Below are positions 47,830 to 53,819 of a stretch of DNA of 53,819 nucleotides, piece after piece. The notes under the pieces are model-generated. The model worked only from the letters and a program-made list of their open reading frames with translations, searched no databases and was not told where the DNA came from. The stretch is from an uncultured Lentisphaerales bacterium. Its GTDB lineage: Bacteria; Verrucomicrobiota; Lentisphaeria; JABSQK01; UBA12247. Both the position numbers and the translations under genes were made by a program. Where the stretch lies: the NCBI GenBank assembly GCA_943788985.1, contig CALSSJ010000001.1, forward strand, positions 1 through 53,819. Direction: 5' to 3'. Position 1 is the first letter of the stretch. The number at the start of each line of letters is the position of its first letter.

Positions 47830-50800
47830 GTGAGCGAGAGTGTGCTCTCGCGGATGGAGAGCTGGGCAACGGGCGCATTGATGGTCTCGCCTGAGACGAC
47901 GACGTTTTCGACGACTCTTGTATCGAGGCCGCGAGCGGTGAAGGTCAGCGTGTAGGTATCGGGGGCCAGAAAGTTCAGTGTGTATTGGCCGCTCTCGTCG
48001 GTGATAGCATGGGTATCGCCGCTTGAGCTGCTGGCTTGTACATGAATGCCTGCCACTGATGCAGAACGAGCGGGACCGACGGCCACGGCGCCTTCTATGC
48101 GGCCCCGAACAGCGGTGGTGTCTACCGTCACTGAATCCAGAAGCACATCCGACTCCAGCCCTACTTCGTCGCGAAACTGCAGGTAGACGACTTTGGCACC
48201 GTCATCGGGACTCAGTGTCCATGCCAACGAATCGGCAACGGGCTGCCACTCGGCGCCATCGAAACCCTGCTCATTAGACAGGCGCATCTCCTCGGCGCTC
48301 ACTGATGGAAAGATCCGCAGCGTCACGTCATGAGTGTCAACGACTGCCACCGGGCCTTCGATGATAACGAAGCCGCTGGGCGGAAAGGGGTTGCTTCGAG
48401 GTGTCCCCGCAAAGATCCGGCTGGGGCTGGAGTGCCCACCTGCAGCGTCAATGGCTTGGATGCGGTAGTAGGAGGTGATGTTGTTAGCGACGTCGTTGTC
48501 TTCGTAGAGGCCGCCGTATTCATGGGCATTGAATGTGGGCAATAAGCTCGAAGGGGCCGGTTGGATGGAGGCTTCGCGAGAGTCGCCTCTCATTGTAGTC
48601 GGGGCTTACGGGATAGCGGATGAAGTTGGTCTTGGGCTTTAGTAGCGGCTCGCCTGCATCGGCGACGTCATCGATAACTTCGACATCGAGAGGGGCGCGC
48701 AGACCCATCGTCATTGGGATCGAGCGGGTTGGCGCCACGCGCGTACTCAGAGCCATCGGTCTCGCCGCCGTTGTCGGTGTCGTTGTTGCAGGGATCGGTG
48801 CCGAACTCCAAGCTCCTGCAGCGTTGGTCAGCCCGTCGCCGTCCGGGATCCGCAGCCGGCATCGGGCGTGGCTGGGCAGCAGGCAGGGATGGCGGTGCTC
48901 GTACCAGGTCGGCAGCCCGTCGCCATCGGGATCGGGCAGCTGATCGTCCCAGACGTGAAAGGCTGATTTGTGGAGGCGTTGAAAGGCGTAGCCAGCGTTG
49001 TCGTCGCCCGTGGCTGTGACGGATACGGGGTAGCTCCCACGGGCGGGTACGTCGTGATCCGTGCCGCCGCTTGGACTGTGCCCGGTGGTGACCGTGAAGA
49101 GGTTGCCATAGATGCCATCGTCGGCGAAGCCATCGGCATGTCCACCATCGTCGTGAAGCGTGAGGTTGAAGCTGCGACCGTCTGGATGCTCGATGCTGGC
49201 CGACACGGTGGCCCCACGAATCGGCCCCGAGCAATCGGACAATGCCGCAAGCACCGGCTGGGGCAGCCCGTGCAGATAGAGACCGTTGTTTGCCTTCGCA
49301 GCTGCCACGTTGTGATGCTGGGCAAAATACACATCGAGATGTGGTCCCTCGCGATCCTTGGCAGAGAGCACGGCCAGGTAGCTGGTCTCGGCTTCGGCGG
49401 AGATTTCGAGCTGCCACGCGCCGCTGGCCAACTCATCCACGTGTATGGCGAAGCTACTGTCGCTGGCAAGCAGCTCGACGCCTGGCTCGCCTTCTAGAGC
49501 GGTGCTGCCGTCCGGGCGGGTTAGTGTCATGGTCGGGGGAGCACCGGCGTCGCGCCAATACAAGGAGAAGACGCCGTCGGTCAAGCCAGTGCCCAGTAGA
49601 GGAAGCGTTGCAGACACTGGCGAAGCAGCGTCGACCACGCCGTGAGGACTCCCAGATTCGTTGCTTGCCATAGGCCTCCTCCATGCCGCTGATCAAGGCG
49701 TCGGCCAAGGCTCTATCAATATCGCGCGCACTGCGACTTTTCGGGGCATCCACATAGATGAAGCGACCGCCGGTGTCGGTCGCGATCTGTTGTAGCAGGG
49801 CCTGGTCCGAATGCGAACTGAGTGCGACGCACATGACGCGGATTCCTTCCGCCAACAGCGACTCCTTCACATCGGCATTGTTCAAGGCTTCATTCTCGCG
49901 ACCGTCTGAGAGCAGGATGATCCAGTTCTCGGCGTCTGTGCCCGCGCCAGAAAACTCACTTAGCGCCGCCCGCAGCCCGTCGCCGATCGACGTGAACCCA
50001 TCCAACACCAGGCCGTCGATGGCCAGACGAACCAGCCCACGCTCCCAATCGCTGTCCATTGGCGTGAGTGGGTAAACGAGTTCAGCGTCATCATTGGGCT
50101 CGACCTCGTCGCCGTTGAAGCTGACAACGCCGAGTTGCTCGCCCGTGGCGGACACATCGACATAGAGCTGCGCGGCGGACTTCGCAGCCTTGATGCGCTG
50201 CCCCGTCATCGACACGGAACGATCTATGGTCAGGACTTGGTCCAATTTCTTCTCTTCGTAGAACACGGAGGACACGGAGGTCGCCATGACACCGCCCAAG
50301 TCCACGGTGAGGTTGTAGGGACCGGCACCCGGAAGGCCTTTTACGGGCGGCTCAATGGTGAGCCAGTACTCGCCAAGCACGTAAGCCGCAAGGTGGACCT
50401 CCGCCTGGTTTATCGGTGCCGGGCTGCCAACATAGGCCCTAAAGTCCCTGGCAGTCAGGCCTTCCACCGTCGTCCCCACCTAGTTCCGGTGGCCCTGACA
50501 CTTGAAGGCGCACCAGAAAACGCTCGGGGGCTTCTGGCAGCCCAATGTAAGCCGGATAGGTCGAGGTCGGGTCGAGAATAGTGACCGTTGGCCTCCCGTG
50601 GTCGAAGGTGTACTCAAAACCCACGCGAGCAGGCCAGCCCGCACCGACCCAGCCCGTAACCACGGCGACAATTAGGTCGTACGGGTCGTCCGAGTCCTGC
50701 ATCAGAGACACGCTGAAGCTGTTGTCTATGGTGAGCCCAGCCGTGCCAGTGGTCCACATCCGTTCCACGTGTTCCCCCTTGTAAGCCAGCACGGTATAGG

Positions 50801-51991
50801 AGGCGTGGTTGTAAGGATCCGTCTCACCGTGGAAATTGATCATGTAGGGAGGATCGCCGGCCAGCAGCGCTCTGCGAGATTCCGCGTTCCGATCAGTATC
50901 CGACTCAATCCCCAGCATGTCCGAAACCCAAAACTTGAGGTACTGGGTGTCCCATATGCCGGTCTCTTCACGCCCGCTCCAGGCTCCAGTCACCCCCACA
51001 TTGTCTTTCCCCAAGGTTACTCGGTAGTTGCCGCCATAGTGTGTCCATTCATAAGTGTCAAGGAAGTCGTCGTACACATACAAATCAGCAAAGCCATACC
51101 GCTCAGGTGAGGTGACTCCAGCACTTGGACGAAAGGTTGCCGGATTTGCCTGAACAGCTCCTGCGATCGAAAAATCGTGAAATAGGTCTGCAACGCTTAC
51201 ATTGTCGGGACCGGTGACTCGATCGTGTTCGTTGATTGCGAGCTGAATGGTGTCATATACGGATGGGTCAGAGTCATCCGTGATGCGCCACACCGTCTGC
51301 AAGAAGTCCACCCCCACCTGCGGGTCGTCACGTTCGCGTCCATACTGCTCCATGAGGTAGGACCACCAGAGGGCACCGTCGTAATCCAAGTCCCACAACG
51401 ACCGCTTGTGCTCACCCAGATAGTTGATATAGCGAGCTAGCACCGGATTCGAGAAATCGTCCCGGACAAACACGCGATCGGCCATTGCCTCCGCTGTTCC
51501 TTCGACCAATAGCCCGCTGAGCTTCTGAAACCGAAGTAGGTTCCGAACATAAGCATATTGCACATTGTGGAAGACTTCATGGGCAACCGTTGCTCGTATA
51601 TCGGGGAATAGTGATGATTCAAGCCACGTGGAATGGTATCGAATGCGAAGAACACTGGAGCTGGCAAGAGTTTCTCCCCATCTTCCCGTTCGTTATTCCA
51701 CCAGTCGATCTTGACATCCCGGCCGCCAATGTGCGGTTCTGGGAACCCCATCGCCTCGAACGCATTTACCACGCCATCGGGATCATCCGGATCGGTGAAG
51801 AAGCCGCGTGGACTGTCCGTGGCGTTGGCAATCTTCATGGCCTGCGCATCTGAGCAAAAGTCCTTGTCGCTGGCATTGCGATTGTGCCAGCGCACATGCC
51901 AGTCCTTCTGGGGTGTGTGGTGGGACTGGTTGAGCGTACCTGCGTACAGAGGCAGGCTTGCGAGTATGATGATGGGAAGCAGGTAGCGCAT
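47830..51991 (-). CDS. large secreted protein: HExxH metalloprotease, vWA, choice-of-anchor-X-like, Ca-binding DxDxDG repeats, FN3-like and carboxypeptidase-regulatory-like domains; split by several frameshifts, 3' end uncertain
   Basis: signal peptide MRYLLPIIILASLPLYAG; AHEVFHNVQYAY...EGTAE; DRSVSM/TSIG/LLSDG (MIDAS); LHDDG.HADG.ADDGIYG; DPDGDGL, DTDNGGETDGSE; WTLS.DDGAKVVYLQFRD; TDESGQYTL..L.P.TYTL. Confidence 0.7.
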
Positions 51992-51999
51992 GGGGGTGC

Positions 52000-53819
52000 T
52001 TACTCCTGAGGTGCTGTGTGTGGTGTTGGGGATTGTGTGGGGAGACGCTCGCGGGCCGGGATTTCTTTGCCGTAGGCCCAGTAGCCGACGCCGGGTTGTA
52101 ACCAGAGATCAGTGGCCTTGTAGGTGCCGGAATCGAGGTGCCAGATCACGCCTTCAAGGCTTTCAGATGGGGTGAGTGCTTCGAGCCAGCTGCGCGGTGC
52201 GAAGGGGGCGCTGGCGCGGATGCCGAAAACGTTCCAGCCCGGGCCGATCGGGGTCTGGAGGTCGGTCGGCGCAGAACCCGTAAAACATGACGCTGCGCGG
52301 GTTCGCGGCGTGGACGAAGTAGCCGATGCCGGGCTCCAAGGTGATGACTGGCAGGTAGCCGTCTTCCCAGCGAAAGACTTCGGCACCGAGCTGCCCAGGG
52401 ATCGGGATCGTCAGGGATGAAGGGCAGGGCGATCAGGTTCCAGCCGCGGACGAGGTGAATGGGGAAGCCGAGCGCGCCGTAGCGGAATGGTGTAGGTGCT
52501 GACCTGGCCAGCGGGCGCGACGATGGTGTTCAGGCTGCGCATATCGCCGATGCCATCAATGATCAGGGCCGGTGGGGACCCGGGCGCTGTCCCAGAACAG
52601 GACAATGTCCAAGATGTTGGCCGTGGCATCGACGTGCAGGTCCCAGGTTGCGGAGTCCGCAGCGGCTGGGAAGGCTGCGAGGTAGGGCTGAGCCGCTGAC
52701 TTGGAGGTGGATCGGGTCGGTAGCGACTGGCCGGGACGCTGAGGGCGGCGTCGGGATGTTGGCCGATCTGAAGCTCGGAGATGGGACCGTTGCTGATACC
52801 GATGGGGAGGCTCCAGCCGTCTTGGGTGATGGTGACGGTTCCGGTGGCTTCGCCGCCGTAGGGATCAAGGGCACGGAAGGTGAGGCTGGCAGTAGGGGCA
52901 GTGGGCTCGAGGAGGACTGCGCCGGTGGTGGGGCTGAAGTTGCGGATGATGCCGTCGGTGACGCTGTCGATGGCGAAGGAGAGCGCGTCGTTGTCGGGAT
53001 CGGTGCCGGTGAGCGTGATGCTGGCGCTGTTGTCCGGTGACAATCTGAATGGTCTGGTCTGGGGCAGACGGAGCGTCGTTGCGGCCGTGGATGGTGATGG
53101 TGACGAGGGCGGAGTCGACACAGGTGCCGTCTGAGACGGAGAAGACGAAGGAGTCGCTGGCTGTGGCGTCTACTGGAAGGTGGTCGAAGGCCCCGCCGGG
53201 CGAGTAGGAGAAGGAGCCCGTCGGGGGTGAGAGTGCGAGGCTGCCGTGAGGTGGGGTGAGTATGGATCGAGAAGGGGGTGGCCGGCAATGGTCCGTCCAC
53301 ATCGGTTGCGGTGACGGTGCCGCTAAGGTCGCTGTTTTCAGCGGTGGCCAGCGTGAGGGGGGCGGCCTCTGGACAGTCGATTCACGGGGAGCACGTCGAT
53401 GGTGATGGTGGCGTTGGTTGCGGAGTCCGCACCATCGTTCGCGCGATAGGTAAAGGTGGCGGGGCCGTTGAAAGTCTGGGGCTGGCACGTAGGTGAATGT
53501 GCCGGCTGGGGCGAGGGTGAGCGCCCCGCTGCGACTGACGAGCTGGTAGGTGGTGGGGTCGCCTTCGGGGTCGCTGTCGTTTCCTGTGACGTCGCCGCTG
53601 AGCGGGGTGTCTTCGAGGGGGGTGAAGCTGTCATCGGCGACGAGTGGGACGGGCGTTGAAATGGCCGGTGACGATCGCGTTCGCGCTGAGGCCGTGTCGA
53701 TCGTGGTTGCCGGCGAGGGTGCCGTGGGTGGTCGTCCAGTTGCGTGAAGACGTGGCTGGCGTGCGGATTTGCGGAGATCGCAAATGGGCCAGCATCGGGG
53801 TCGACGGTGCCGCTTCCGG
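52000..53819 (-). CDS. 3' part of a large Ig-like/cadherin-repeat surface protein with a GWNL-type C-terminal domain; heavily frameshifted, 5' end outside window
   Basis: TFNGPATFTYRANDG, GSFSYSPGGAFDHL...DSFVFSVSDG...VTITIHGRNDAP, ITLTGTDPDNDALSF, LVRGWNLIALP, GPGWNVFG, LQPGVGYW. Confidence 0.65.

Noticed and set aside
1..53819. Prophage, integrase, transposase, reverse transcriptase/DGR or defence system
   Set aside because: No such protein motifs or template/variable repeat pair were seen. The RG..DT.AAAH.AG motif in the giant protein is an isolated module, not a phage tail locus.

Overview
This is bacterial DNA, probably from a marine PVC-superphylum organism (Lentisphaeria-like). That placement is an inference from the spdEFG1-type EF-G, a DUF1549 remnant, many sulfatases, an XylR-type regulator and GWNL-type C-terminal domains. 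Positions 1-13.7 kb are mostly housekeeping: pcnB 3' end, sucD, sucC, fusA, an ApgM-type phosphoglycerate mutase, an FAD/Fe-S oxidoreductase, gloA, and a Ser/Thr kinase - Zn-ribbon protein - DedA trio. Positions ~14-44.8 kb are an accessory glycan-degradation region. It holds a tandem esterase, a TPMT-like methyltransferase, sulfatases, a GH151-like fucosidase, two beta-propeller hydrolases, a ~1855-aa esterase/DNRLRE-like/unknown-TIM-barrel protein, two PhyH-family Fe(II)/2OG dioxygenases, an XylR-type regulator, a GH86 porphyranase/agarase, GH2 and GH43. Many decayed gene fragments, REP-like palindromes and one intact MITE lie between these genes. Positions 44.9-47.3 kb carry bolA-grxD-mnmG. 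From 47.8 kb to the end are two large, frameshift-split surface-protein genes: a HExxH metalloprotease-vWA protein and an Ig-repeat adhesin. Single-base insertions in conserved housekeeping genes (fusA, apgM, mnmG) indicate long-read consensus errors. No rRNA, tRNA, CRISPR array or transposase was found. All family assignments come from motif recognition by eye, not from database searches.
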